Part shown: piece after piece, positions 30,657-40,285 of the stretch
Layout: the number at the start of each line of letters is the position of its first letter
Position numbering within the stretch: the first letter of the stretch is position 1
From: an uncultured Acidobacteriota bacterium
GTDB lineage: Bacteria; Acidobacteriota; Thermoanaerobaculia; UBA5066; Gp7-AA6
DNA length: 64,000 bases
Assembly (NCBI GenBank): GCA_963708395.1
Contig: CAVPSG010000002.1
Coordinates: 901,100 to 965,099, forward strand
Direction: 5' to 3'
Made by a program: the position numbers and the translations under genes
Notes under the pieces: generated by a model
What the model saw: only the letters and a program-made list of their open reading frames with translations
Told to the model about the DNA's origin: nothing
Database searches by the model: none

Positions 30657-30759
30657 CTACTCCCTAGTCCTTAGTCCCTAGTCCAAACCTCCGAGATCCA
30701 CCGTGGTCGCTCAAGGCGCCGCGACTAAGGACAAGTGACTAAGGACGAAGGACTTATCC
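30657..30759. repeat. Inverted arrays of GGAC-type heptamers (hairpin element) directly after the thiG stop
   Basis: Left arm TCCCTAG TCCTTAG TCCCTAG TCCAAAC (30661-30688). Right arm GACTAAG GACAAGT GACTAAG GACGAAG GACTTAT (30723-30757). About 16 of 19 positions pair in the best register. Confidence 0.75.
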
Positions 30760-30760
30760 G

Positions 30761-31591
30761 TTATCTCCCAATGACGCCTTCCAGGGGAGACGAGGCTGTC
30801 GCGTACCTCTTTCGGGCGATGCGCCCGGCCATGTAGGCGTCTCTTCCCGCCCTGACGGCGTCCCGCATCGCGCGCGCCATCTTCACCGGGTCCTTCGCGC
30901 CGGCGATGCCCGTGTTCATCAGCACGCCCGCCGCGCCGAGCTCCATCGCAACGCACGCGTCCGACGCGGTGCCCACACCGGCGTCCACGATGACCGGCAC
31001 CTTCGCGCGCTCGAGGATGATCGAGATGTTGTTCGGGTTCTGGATGCCGAGGCCCGAGCCGATCGGCGCGCCGAGCGGCATCACCGCGGCGGCGCCCGCA
31101 TCCTCGAGGCGGCGCGCCACGATCGGATCGTCGGAGGTGTAGGGGAAGACGACGAACCCTTCCGCGACGAGCGTCTTCGTCGCCGCGAGGAGCGCCTCGT
31201 TGTCCGGCCACAGCGTCTGCTCGTCTCCGAGGACCTCGAGCTTCACCCAGTTCGACAGGCCGACCTCGCGCCCGAGCCGCGCGGCGCGCACGGCGTCTTC
31301 CGCCGTGTAGCAGCCGGCCGTGTTGGGGAGCAGCGTCATGCCCTTCGGGACCCAGTCGAGGAGCGATTCCTTCGACCGGTCCGTCAGGTTCACGCGCCGC
31401 ACCGCGACCGTCACGATCTCGGCGGCGGAGGTCTCGAGGGCTTCCTTCATCAGCGGGAAGGTCGCGTACTTTCCGGTCCCGACGATGAGGCGCGAGGCGA
31501 ACGGCCGCCCACCGAAGACGAAGGGGTCGGAAAGGGGATCCGCGGAAGTCGCAGCCGGCGAGGCCGCCGGCGTCTCGAGGGTCGTGGTCAC
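30761..31591 (-). CDS. thiG: Thiazole synthase
   Basis: [12 protein letters not shown]...VTVAVRR...[20 protein letters not shown]...KLEVLGD...[14 protein letters not shown]...[15 protein letters not shown]. Confidence 0.95.
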   Translation of the reverse strand: MTTTLETPAASPAATSADPLSDPFVFGGRPFASRLIVGTGKYATFPLMKEALETSAAEIVTVAVRRVNLTDRSKESLLDWVPKGMTLLPNTAGCYTAEDAVRAARLGREVGLSNWVKLEVLGDEQTLWPDNEALLAATKTLVAEGFVVFPYTSDDPIVARRLEDAGAAAVMPLGAPIGSGLGIQNPNNISIILERAKVPVIVDAGVGTASDACVAMELGAAGVLMNTGIAGAKDPVKMARAMRDAVRAGRDAYMAGRIARKRYATASSPLEGVIGR

Positions 31592-31600
31592 GAGAGAACT

Positions 31601-32449
31601 CTATCGCTCTTCGAGAAGCGAAACGTTGTCGATGAGCCGGGTCTTCCCGACGCGCACCGCGGCCGCGAGGGCCGCCCCGGGCGTCACGCGGTCGAGCGGG
31701 CGCATGGATTCGGGATCGACGACCTCGGCGTAGTCCACGGCGAACCCGGCGCGCTCGAGCTCGGCACGCGTCGCGTTCCCGAGGCGCCGCGCGTCGGTCT
31801 CTCCGGCGCCGGCCCGATCCCGCGCGGCGAAGAGAGCCTTCGGGAAGAGCGCGGCGAGCCTTCGTTCCTCGGGCGAAAGGTAGGCGTTGCGGGAGGAGAG
31901 CGCGAGGCCATCCGGCTCGCGGACGGTCTCGCCGACGACGAGGCGCAACGGGAAGTCCAGGTCCCGCGTCATCCGGCGGATCACGGCGAACTGCTGCAGA
32001 TCCTTGCGGCCGAAATAGGCAACGTCGGGCGCGACCTGGAGGAAGAGCTTCGCGACGACCGTCGCTACGCCGCGGAAGTGCCCGGGACGGACCGCGCCCT
32101 CGCCGCCGTCCGAGACGCCGCGCACGTCGACCTCCGTCGAGAAGTCGGGCGGGTACATGGCCGCCGCGTCGGGCCGAAAGAGGAGATCGACGCCTTCGTC
32201 TGCCAACATCGCCGCGTCTTCCTCGGGGCGCCGCGGATAGCGTGCGAGGTCCTCGCTCGCTCCGAACTGGAGCGGGTTCACGAAGATCGAAACGACCGTG
32301 AAGCCGCACTCCCGCCGCGCGCGGCGCGCGAGCGAGAGATGCCCCTCGTGCAGCGCTCCCATCGTGGGGACGAGGCCGATGGATTTCCGGGCCGCGCGTG
32401 CGCGGCCGACGACCTCGCGCAACGGGCCGAGCCCGGTCGCGGTGATCAA
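31601..32449 (-). CDS. panC: Pantoate--beta-alanine ligase
   Basis: IGLVPTMGALHEGHLSLARRA...VVSIFVNPLQFG...DLARYPR...RPGHFRGVATVVAKLF...AYFGRKDLQQ...SSRN. The TTG start 32449 overlaps the panB stop. Confidence 0.93.
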   Translation of the reverse strand: MITATGLGPLREVVGRARAARKSIGLVPTMGALHEGHLSLARRARRECGFTVVSIFVNPLQFGASEDLARYPRRPEEDAAMLADEGVDLLFRPDAAAMYPPDFSTEVDVRGVSDGGEGAVRPGHFRGVATVVAKLFLQVAPDVAYFGRKDLQQFAVIRRMTRDLDFPLRLVVGETVREPDGLALSSRNAYLSPEERRLAALFPKALFAARDRAGAGETDARRLGNATRAELERAGFAVDYAEVVDPESMRPLDRVTPGAALAAAVRVGKTRLIDNVSLLEER

Positions 32450-33294
32450 TACACGCGCCGGAGGGCCGGGGGCTTCTCGCCGGAGAACGACTCGTCGGCG
32501 CTCGGGAACCCGCCGTCCTTCACGTCGCGCGTGAAATCGCGCGCGGCCTGACCGATGACGGAAGCAATGTCGGCGTACCGCCGCGCGAACTTCGGCTTGA
32601 AGTCCGGGTTCCAGCCCATCACGTCGTGGAACACCAGCACCTGCCCGTCGCAGGCGGCGCCCGCGCCGATGCCGAGCGTGGGGATGCGGATCGCGCGCGT
32701 GATCTCGGCCGCGAGCGTTTCCGGCACGCACTCGAGGACCAGCGCGAAGCAGCCCGCTTCGGCGAGCGCCGTCGCGTCCTCCAGGATCTCGTGCGCCGCG
32801 CCCGCGTCGCGCCCCTGGACCTTGTATCCGCCGAGCTTGCGGAAGGACTGCGGCGTCAGGCCGATGTGCCCCATGACGGGGATGTCCGCGGCGAGGATCG
32901 CCGAGACGGCCGGCAGGATGCGGCGGCCTCCTTCGACCTTCACGGCGCCGCAGCCGCCCTCCGAGAGAAACCGCCCGGCGTTGCGCACGGCCTCCGCCGT
33001 GTCCGCCTGATACGAAAGAAACGGCATGTCGCCCACGACGAGCGCGCGTCTGGCGGCGCGCGAGACGGCGCGCGAATGGCGGATCATCGAATCCATGGTC
33101 GCCGAGAGCGTCGAGGACTCGCCGTACACCGTCATCTCGACCGAGTCGCCGACGAGCAGCACGTCGACGCCGGCCTCGTCCAGCAGCCGCGCGGAGGGCG
33201 CGTCGTAGGCGGTCAACATGGCGATCTTTTCCCGCCCCTTGGCGGCGGCGAGCGCGGGAACGCTGACGGGAGAGGTCTCCGAGAGGGTGGCCAT
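32446..33294 (-). CDS. panB: 3-methyl-2-oxobutanoate hydroxymethyltransferase
   Basis: KIAMLTAYDAPSARLLDEAGVDVLLVGDS...VVGDMPFLSYQ...GAVKVEGG...IPVMGHIGLTPQS...GYKVQGR. Confidence 0.95.
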   Translation of the reverse strand: MATLSETSPVSVPALAAAKGREKIAMLTAYDAPSARLLDEAGVDVLLVGDSVEMTVYGESSTLSATMDSMIRHSRAVSRAARRALVVGDMPFLSYQADTAEAVRNAGRFLSEGGCGAVKVEGGRRILPAVSAILAADIPVMGHIGLTPQSFRKLGGYKVQGRDAGAAHEILEDATALAEAGCFALVLECVPETLAAEITRAIRIPTLGIGAGAACDGQVLVFHDVMGWNPDFKPKFARRYADIASVIGQAARDFTRDVKDGGFPSADESFSGEKPPALRRVY

Positions 33295-33481
33295 CGTTCG
33301 CTCCTTTCCCTCCGGTCGACGTCCCGAACTCCGGGATCGCCGCCGAAAAGGGCGAGGCGGAAATTATATGCCGGCCGGGACGGGCCGCGGTCTCGCGCCA
33401 AGGAGAAAACCAACTTCTTGCAAGGGTTTTCGCGAGGACTTCCCTCGTTGGCCCGCCGTAGCGTGAGCCGAGGAGATTCCA

Positions 33482-34516
33482 ATGGTTTTCGCAGCCATCC
33501 GCAAAGTCCTCAAGCCGGTCGCGGCGGTTTTCGTTCTCGCCCTGCCGGCCGCTCTCGGTCTCCCTTCCACTCGCGCGTCCGCCAACGTTGACGAGATCGG
33601 GAGCTGCTCCGGTCAGAATCTCATCCTTCCCTTCGCGGACGTGCCGGGCGGGAGCCTCTTCTTTTGCGCGATCGCGGGTGCCTACTTCTCCGGCCTGATC
33701 AACGGGAGTTCCGCGGCGTACAACCCGTCGGGCACGGTCATGCGCGACCAGATGGCGGCGTTCGTCCTGAGGACTCAGGATTCCGCTGTGCGTCGCGCGA
33801 GCCGGCGGGCGGCGGCGAATCTCTGGGCGGTGCCGAAGAACCTCGCCGCGGTCCGATTCGTGCCCCTCCTCTCGGGCGCCGGCGCTCCCAACTTCGACGG
33901 CGAGGACATCTGGGTGACCGGCACGGATGGAGCGGCGATCGTCCGCATCCACGCCTCGGACGGTCGCTTCATCGACGCCAAGATCGGGACCGTAAAAGCC
34001 GTGAGCACGATCGCGGCGGCCGGATACGTCTACGCGGTCGGCCGGTCGGTCCCCGGGCACCTCTACCGGCTCGACCCCTCCATTCCCGACGCGGCGGTGG
34101 AGAACGTTGCCTCGAACCTCGGAGGCAATCCGTCGAGCATCACGTTCGACGGCGCAAATCTCTGGACGGCCGACCAGGGTACGGGCCCGGGCTTCTCTCT
34201 CGAACGTGTGGGTCCCGCTGAGCAACGCCTTGAAAGTCGTGCGCACGTCGACGCCAGCGGTTCTTCTTGCGACGCTGACGGGAAACGGCCTCTTAGAAGG
34301 GGGTTCCGCGGCGTTCGACGGCGAGCGCATTCTGGTCGCAGGTACGAGCAAGAACCTGGACGGAAGTTCGGTCTCGCTCTGGAAAGCGAGTACGCTCGCT
34401 CCTGTCGGGTCGGTTTCGCTTGGCGCGATTTCACCGCCCCCGGTGTCGCGGGCGACGGCCTCCACTTCTGGATTTCACTCAATTCCGGGGGAGGCGGCTA
34501 CCTCGCCAGATTCTGA
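33482..34516 (+). CDS. Secreted protein with an SLH-like N-terminal module and a beta-propeller-like body. Two frameshifts, near 34195 and 34440.
   Basis: Signal peptide, then FADVPGGSLFFCAIAGAYFSGLINGSSAAYNPSGTVMRDQMAAFVLR (SLH-like). Repeated ...FDGxxIWV/LWTAD... segments are read across three frames. Confidence 0.55.
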   Translation: MVFAAIRKVLKPVAAVFVLALPAALGLPSTRASANVDEIGSCSGQNLILPFADVPGGSLFFCAIAGAYFSGLINGSSAAYNPSGTVMRDQMAAFVLRTQDSAVRRASRRAAANLWAVPKNLAAVRFVPLLSGAGAPNFDGEDIWVTGTDGAAIVRIHASDGRFIDAKIGTVKAVSTIAAAGYVYAVGRSVPGHLYRLDPSIPDAAVENVASNLGGNPSSITFDGANLWTADQGTGPGFSLERVGPAEQRLESRAHVDASGSSCDADGKRPLRRGFRGVRRRAHSGRRYEQEPGRKFGLALESEYARSCRVGFAWRDFTAPGVAGDGLHFWISLNSGGGGYLARF

Positions 34517-34572
34517 AAAGAAGATTGCTTCGAGGCCGAGGTCGGGCGAGGCGGTCCCCCGGGGGGGGAGGG

Positions 34573-35237
34573 CTAGACTCGGCTCCCCGTCGGCACGTAG
34601 TACTGGACGCCCTTCTTCGCCTTCTGGATCTGCGTCGACCAGATCGTCGAAATCCGCCGGCCGGTTCACGAAGTCGATCTCGTTGGTGTCCACGACGAGG
34701 AGCGGCGTCTCCTCGTAGTGGTAGAAGTAGTAGTTGTAGGCCTCGATCAGCTGCGCGACGTACTCGGGCGTGATCCCCTTCTCGAACGCGCGGCTCGCCT
34801 TCTTCATCCGCTTCATGCAGGTCTCGAGCGACCCCTGCAGGTAGATGACGAGGTCGGGCTTCGGGACCGATTCGGAGAGCAGCGTGTAGAGCCTGTCGTA
34901 GATCAGCAGCTCCGAGTCGTCGAGATTCAGGCAGGCGAAGATCTTGTCCTTCGGGAAGTGGTAGTCGGCGACGACGAGGTTCGAGAAGAGGTCGATCTGC
35001 GCGATCTCGCGCTGCTGCTGGTAGCGCGAGAGGAGGAAGAAGAGCTGCGTCTGGAAGGCCGCGCCCTTCTTCTTCTTGTAGAAGTCGGGCAGGAACGGGT
35101 TGTCCACGTCCTCGAGGATCTGCGTGCCGTGGAACTTCCGGGCAAGCAGCTCGACGAGCGACGTCTTGCCGACGCCGATCGGTCCGTCGATCGCGACGTG
35201 GCGCAGCTTGGACGTCGCCTTCGGAGGGGATCGCCAT
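34573..35237 (-). CDS. Deoxynucleoside kinase family protein. Two frameshifts, near 35208 and 34633.
   Basis: MAIPSEGDV (frame 1), then KLRHVAIDGPIGVGKTSLVELLARKF...FLLSRYQQ...DLVIYLQ (P-loop and dNK motifs). The natural tail QIQKAKKGVQYYVPTGSRV-TAG is in a third frame. Confidence 0.8.
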
Positions 35238-35255
35238 GGCGAATAAGTTATCGAG

Positions 35256-36087
35256 TTATCTCCAGAGCACATCCGCGATGCCGCACGCGGCGAGCGCAAC
35301 GGACACGAACCCGTTGGCGGTGAAGAACGCCGCGTTGACGCGCGAGAGGTCGCCCGGGCGGACGATCGCGTGCTGGTAGACGAGCGCCGCCGCCGTCAGG
35401 GCGATGCCGGCCGCGAAGAGCGCGCCGCCGCCCGGCCGCGCGCCAGGCGAGCGACGAGGAAGACCGACCATCGCCACGTGAAGCGCGGCCGAGATCGCGA
35501 GCGCCCGCCGGGCGCCGAAGCGCGCGGGAATCGATTGGAGGCCGGCGCCGGCGGTCGTGCTCCTCGTCCTGGAGCGCGTAGATCACGTCGAAGCCCGCCG
35601 TCCAGAAGAGGACCGCGAGCGCCGAGGAGCACCGGGAGCGCCGCGAACGAGCCGCGCACGGCGATCCAGGCGCCGACCGGCGCGATCGCGAGGCAGAGCC
35701 CGAGCACGAGGTGCGAAGCCCACGTGAATCGCTTCGTGTACGAGTAGAGGAGCACGAGCGCGAGCGCCACCGGCGAGAGGAGCAGCGTCAGGCGGTTCAG
35801 GCTCGCCGCCGCGGCGAGGAAGAGGACGACCGATGCCGCGAGGAAGACCCGGACGAAGCGCACCGACAGCGTGCCGGCGGGGAGCGCCCGCGACGGCCGT
35901 CCGCGGGTTGGCGGCGTCGAGCTCGCGGTCGGCGAGCCGGTTGTGCGCCATCGCGGCGCTGCGCGCGCCGACCATCGCGAGCAGGATCTTCACGAGCGTC
36001 GCGAGGTCGCGGCAGTCCGCCGGCCGCGAGCACCGCCGAGAGCAGCGCGAAGGGCAGCGCGAAGAGCGTGTGCGAGAACTTGATCAT
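35256..36087 (-). CDS. UbiA-family aromatic prenyltransferase (4-hydroxybenzoate polyprenyltransferase-like), with at least 4 frameshifts
   Basis: Fragments in different frames: [24 protein letters not shown]; [32 protein letters not shown]; [15 protein letters not shown]...[32 protein letters not shown]; [12 protein letters not shown]; [18 protein letters not shown]...[10 protein letters not shown]. Confidence 0.75.
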
Positions 36088-36141
36088 CTCGAGCGTCGTG
36101 CGGAGCGACCGGAAGGCGCCCTCGGCGCGCTCCGGCGCTCA

Positions 36142-36775
36142 CGGGCGCTTGCGCCGCGGCGTGTTCGCCTTCCACCGGAAATCTCCGCCCGGAATCTCGA
36201 GCCCCAGCAGGCGCGCCGCCCGGACGCAGTAGGCGTCGAGCAACCGCGTCGATGTCGGGCGTGTCCACGTAGAAGGCCGGCGACGGCGGCGCCACGATCG
36301 CGCCGGCCAGCGTCGCGCGGCGCATGTTCTCGATGTGGACGAGGGAGTACGGCGATCTCGCGGAACGCGAGGACGAGCGGCCGCCGCTCCTTGAGCTGGA
36401 CGTCGGCGGCGCGCTGCAGCAGGTCGCGGGAGATCCCGTTTGCGATCGCGCCGAGCGTCCCGGCGCTGCAGGGGATGACGATCATGCCGCGCACCGGATA
36501 GGAGCCGGAGGCGATCGGCGCCGCCGACGTCGCCGTTGGCGTGGAGCGTCGAGGCGGCGCGACGGCGGCTCCGGGGGATCGCCAGGCGTCGCGATCCAGT
36601 CCGCGGGCGAGGCGATTCCGGGATCGATCTCGTTGCGCGCGACCTCGAGCGCCGCGTCGGAGAAGACGAGGTGGAGCCTCGAGAGGCCGCGGGCTCCCGC
36701 GATGCGCTCGACGAACCGTCTGGCGAGATGCGCGCCCGAGCCTCCCGAGACGCCGACGACGAGCTCTCCGGCCAC
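36142..36775 (-). CDS. ubiX: Flavin prenyltransferase UbiX-like, with at least 3 frameshifts
   Basis: [25 protein letters not shown]...; [40 protein letters not shown]; [19 protein letters not shown]. The tail ...[26 protein letters not shown] was read in shifted frames. Confidence 0.8.
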
Positions 36776-37161
36776 GGCCCGGCAGTCTAACGTCTACGGC
36801 GCGAGCCCGAGGGCGCCCGACGGCGGCTGGAGCCCGGGTGACAAGGTTTTCTCCCTCCGACAAGAGAGCTTTCCGCCGGCGAAGTCGTTGACGCGCAACG
36901 GAGCGCGCGCGCATCGCCGATCGCGTGTCAGAAATCGTTGCCACTTTTTCGGCGCCGCCTCGAGGGCTTTCGGGGCCTAACCGGTTTTCGCTCCGAAGTT
37001 TGCGCGCCATCGCCCGATCCGGCACGCGCTTCGCCTTACCGACCCGCACGAACAACTTCGAGGAGGTGCCGATGGAGAACGCCTGATCGCGGGACCCGAT
37101 GAGGACACAACGATCGATTCACGCAGAACCAAACGTCGAATCACCTGGAAAGGAGAATCGC

Positions 37162-37590
37162 ATGCACCGAAAGATCATTCTCGCGGGCGCCGCGAGCCTT
37201 CTGCTCGGAGTCGCGGCGGCGCTCGCCGGCGACGGGGACGCGCCGGCTTCTCCGGCCGCCTCCGCGCCGGCCGCCGCGTCGGCCGGCAAGATCAACATCA
37301 ACCAGGCGACGGCCGCGCAGCTCGCGCTGCTCCCGCGCATCGGCGAGAAGGTCGCCGAGCGCATCGTCGACTACCGCAAGGAGCACGGCAACTTCGCCCG
37401 TCCCGACGACCTCATGGAGGTCAAGGGGATCGGCGAGAAGCTGTTCCTCACCCTCAAGCCCTACGTCACGGTCTCCGGCCCGACGACGGTGACCGAAAAA
37501 ATTCGCTCCGGCTCTTCCCGCGGCCGCTCGCGCGGCGCGTCGGCGAAGAAAGCCCCCGCCTCCACCGCCCCGGTGGGCAAGGGACGGTGA
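37162..37590 (+). CDS. comEA: ComEA-like helix-hairpin-helix DNA-binding protein
   Basis: Signal or anchor segment, then KININQATAAQLALLPRIGEKVAERIVDYRKEHGNFARPDDLMEVKGIGEKLF. SD AAGGAGAA. Confidence 0.85.
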   Translation: MHRKIILAGAASLLLGVAAALAGDGDAPASPAASAPAAASAGKININQATAAQLALLPRIGEKVAERIVDYRKEHGNFARPDDLMEVKGIGEKLFLTLKPYVTVSGPTTVTEKIRSGSSRGRSRGASAKKAPASTAPVGKGR

Positions 37591-38219
37591 CCACCCCGCC
37601 CGCCCGGGGCCGCTTCGGCGGCCCCGGGTCTTCTTCGCCCGCGGCCGGACTGTCGTCGGTCGAGCTCGTCGCGGTGCTCGCGATTCTCGTCGCGGTCGCC
37701 GCCGCGGCCGGCGCGGGGGTCGGCCATCTGCGCGCGGTCGTGTCGATTCGATCGGCGGCTGCCGAGGTCGGCGCGGCGCTTTACCGGGCGCGGATGTATG
37801 CGATCACGCAGGGAGTCAACGTCGGGTTGAAGTACCGCATCCGGGACGGGCGCGCCGAGTGGGCGATCTACGGCGACGGGAATGGAAACGGCGTGCGCAG
37901 CGCCGAGATCGCGAGTGGCGTCGACCGGTCGATCGGGGCCCTCGTGATCTGGTCGCGCGACGATGTGCGCCCGGGCATCATGAGGGACGCCTCGATACCG
38001 GACCCGGACGGCTCGGGGAGGCTTTCGGGAAGCCTCGACGATCCGATCCGTTTCAACCGTTCGGACATCTGCGCGTTCTCTCCCGTCGGAGAGTCCACGC
38101 CAGGATCGATCTATCTCTGGGACGGGCACGATCGGATGGCCGTCGTGCGTGTCTACGGGCGAACGGGAAAGATCCGGACGCTCTACTACCGGCGCGGGGA
38201 CCGGCGATGGACGGAGTGA
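37587..38219 (+). CDS. GspH/FimT-like pseudopilin (degenerate prepilin N-terminus)
   Basis: GLSSVELVAVLAILVAVAAAAG hydrophobic helix followed by a GspH-like beta domain. The GTG start overlaps the comEA TGA. Confidence 0.55.
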   Translation: MTTPPARGRFGGPGSSSPAAGLSSVELVAVLAILVAVAAAAGAGVGHLRAVVSIRSAAAEVGAALYRARMYAITQGVNVGLKYRIRDGRAEWAIYGDGNGNGVRSAEIASGVDRSIGALVIWSRDDVRPGIMRDASIPDPDGSGRLSGSLDDPIRFNRSDICAFSPVGESTPGSIYLWDGHDRMAVVRVYGRTGKIRTLYYRRGDRRWTE

Positions 38220-38263
38220 AGTTCGTTCTCGGCCGCGATCGGATCCGGCGCGGGCGCCGTCCG

Positions 38264-39238
38264 TCAGCCGAGGGGAATCGCCGAGGCGTCCTCTCCGGGC
38301 CGGCCCCAGAGAAGGACCTCCTCATGCGACGCACCGGCCGGGACGACGCCGCCCGCGGCGAGACATCGCGAGAGGCGGGCGCCCGGCCCGATCTCCACGC
38401 CGCTCCAGACCGCGCTCTGCGCGATCCGCGCGCCGGCGCCGATCCGCACCTTGCCGAGCACGCTCTGCGAGATCTCGAAGCCGTCGCGGGGCGTGAGCGT
38501 CAGGACCCGCGCCGCGGCGTCGAAGTCGCCGGCGCCCGGGGGCATGGGGAAAGCGCCCGCGAGCGCTTCGAGCGTCGCGCGGAGAAAATCGCTCGGTCGG
38601 CCGAGATCCCCGAAGGCCCCGTCGTGGCGCATCCAGGCGATCCATCGGCCGTCGGCGATGAGCGGCTCCCACAGATCCTTCACGAGCGAGGCCTCGCCGG
38701 GCGGGATCCGGCCGAGGACGCCTGGCGAGAGAACGCACACGCCGGTGTAGAGGAGCGGGGTTGGGCCTATGCCGCCGAAGCGCGCGATCGCATCCCCTTC
38801 GGGCTGCAGCGGCGTGTACCGGCGCGGCTCGCGATTGTCGACGACGAGGAGCGTCGCCGCGGCGCGCGACCGACGGTGCCGCTCGAAGAGCGCGGCCGGA
38901 TCGAAGGCGATCGCCGCGTCGGCATTCACGACGAGGAAAGGGTCGCCGTCGAGAAAGGTCCGCGCGTTGCGCAGGGCGCCGGCGGTCCCCAGGATCCGCG
39001 GCTCCCAGAAGAACTGGAGCTTCGGAAGCTCGCCCGGATGCTCGCGGAGGCGGCTCTCGATCTGGTCGCCCAGGTGATGGAGATTGACGCCCGCCTCGCG
39101 CACGCCGGCGCGGCGGAGCCGCTCGAGGTGGGCGGCGACGAGCGGCACGTTGAGGAAGGGGAGTAGGGGTTTCGGAAGGGTTCGGGTGACGGGCTGAAAC
39201 CTCTCGCCGCGTCCGGCCGCGAGGAGAAAAGCCTTCAT
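38264..39238 (-). CDS. Sugar-phosphate nucleotidyltransferase with C-terminal left-handed beta-helix-like region
   Basis: MKAFLLAAGRGERFQPVTRTLPKPLLPF...LGTAGAL...VVNADA. Its ATG overlaps the stop of the CYTH gene (ATGA). Confidence 0.8.
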   Translation of the reverse strand: MKAFLLAAGRGERFQPVTRTLPKPLLPFLNVPLVAAHLERLRRAGVREAGVNLHHLGDQIESRLREHPGELPKLQFFWEPRILGTAGALRNARTFLDGDPFLVVNADAAIAFDPAALFERHRRSRAAATLLVVDNREPRRYTPLQPEGDAIARFGGIGPTPLLYTGVCVLSPGVLGRIPPGEASLVKDLWEPLIADGRWIAWMRHDGAFGDLGRPSDFLRATLEALAGAFPMPPGAGDFDAAARVLTLTPRDGFEISQSVLGKVRIGAGARIAQSAVWSGVEIGPGARLSRCLAAGGVVPAGASHEEVLLWGRPGEDASAIPLG

Positions 39239-39810
39239 CGCGGCGGAGCGGTGAAGACCATGTCTTCGGGAAGCGCGGGATCTTCCTTGCGCTTGCGCGC
39301 ATACAGCCCGGCGTAGGAGTACGGGATCGCCGAGGCGAAATCGAGCGCGAGCGCGGCGACGGCCTTGCGGATCGCCGCGGGATCGCCCTCGATCTCGACG
39401 AAGTTTCCGATCGGCGTCTCGTCGAGCGCCACGTCGCAGTCGGAGAAACGCCACTCCTCGCGGCGCTTCTCGTACCGGAACTTCCGCCGAAACCCGAGGC
39501 GCTCGAGGATCGCCTCCATCTCGCCGGGCTCGCCGACGGCCGTCTCGCGTTCCTCGCGGGACTTCACGCCCTGGGTGAACTTCGCGGCGCCCTTGAACGT
39601 CAGGATGCCGCGCCCCTGCGCGCGCCGGAGTCTCAAAGCGCGGCCCGCGCCGGCCAAGGATCCCGCGGCGTCGTCGAACAGGTCGTTCGACTCGTCGTGC
39701 CGTTCCTTCTCGAGGGTGGCGCCGAGCTCCTCGAGCCGCCGGCGCACCTCCGCGAGATCCGCCGCCGGGAGCTTGACCTCGATCTCCTGCGGTCCCGCTC
39801 CGGAGGTCAC
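39235..39810 (-). CDS. CYTH-domain protein (class IV adenylyl cyclase / triphosphate tunnel metalloenzyme family)
   Basis: EIEVKLP...ERHDESNDLFD...LRLRR...ILTFKG...REERE...YEKRREEW...VALDETPIGNFVEIEG. The GTG start overlaps the yqeY-like stop. Confidence 0.8.
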   Translation of the reverse strand: MTSGAGPQEIEVKLPAADLAEVRRRLEELGATLEKERHDESNDLFDDAAGSLAGAGRALRLRRAQGRGILTFKGAAKFTQGVKSREERETAVGEPGEMEAILERLGFRRKFRYEKRREEWRFSDCDVALDETPIGNFVEIEGDPAAIRKAVAALALDFASAIPYSYAGLYARKRKEDPALPEDMVFTAPPR

Positions 39811-40244
39811 GACAGCAGGCGGCGGGCGATCTCCTGGGCCAGTTTTCCGTCGAGCCGGCCGCGGTGGCGCGCCATCAGTTCCTTCATCAGGAGGCCGACG
39901 TCCTTGACCGAAGTGAAGCCCTTCTCCGCCATCACGTCGCGGACGGCCTGTTCGACCTCCGCCTCCGTCAGGCCCTGGGGCAGATAGCCCTGGAGGATCG
40001 CCAGCTCCTCGCTCTCCGAGTCGACGAGGTCTTTCCGGCCGCCGCGCTCGTATTGCTCGATCGCCTCGCGCCGCTGCTTGATGGCCCGGCGGATGGCCGC
40101 CTCGACTTCCTCGCCGGTCAGCGCGCGCTGGGCCTGGATGCGCTCGTTCTTCAGCGCGGCGAGGAGCAGACGCAGCGTCGAGACGCGGCGCTTGTCGCCG
40201 CTCTTGAGCGCCGTCTTGAGATCGGCTTCGAGGCGATCCTGCAT
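39807..40244 (-). CDS. yqeY: GatB/YqeY-domain protein
   Basis: MQDRLEADLKTALKSGDKRRVSTLRLLLAALKNE...AILQGYLPQGLTEAEV...G.LMKELMARHRGRLDGKLAQEIARRLL. Confidence 0.9.
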   Translation of the reverse strand: MQDRLEADLKTALKSGDKRRVSTLRLLLAALKNERIQAQRALTGEEVEAAIRRAIKQRREAIEQYERGGRKDLVDSESEELAILQGYLPQGLTEAEVEQAVRDVMAEKGFTSVKDVGLLMKELMARHRGRLDGKLAQEIARRLLS

Positions 40245-40285
40245 GGCGGGAGGCTATCACCGCGGTCTGCGTTAGCCTGTCCCGC

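Noticed and set aside
37060-37086. Mini-ORF ATG GAG AAC GCC TGA (MENA) behind a perfect GAGGAGGTG Shine-Dalgarno sequence upstream of comEA.
   Set aside because: It is only 4 codons with a short SD spacing of about 3 nt. Conservation could not be checked, so it is probably fortuitous or a relic.
36781-37161. A structured RNA gene (RNase P, SRP or 6S RNA) in the 380-nt ubiX/comEA intergenic region or other long gaps.
   Set aside because: No hallmark motifs were seen, such as GAGGAAAGUCC for RNase P RNA or the SRP domain IV sequence. There is no convincing promoter/terminator pair.
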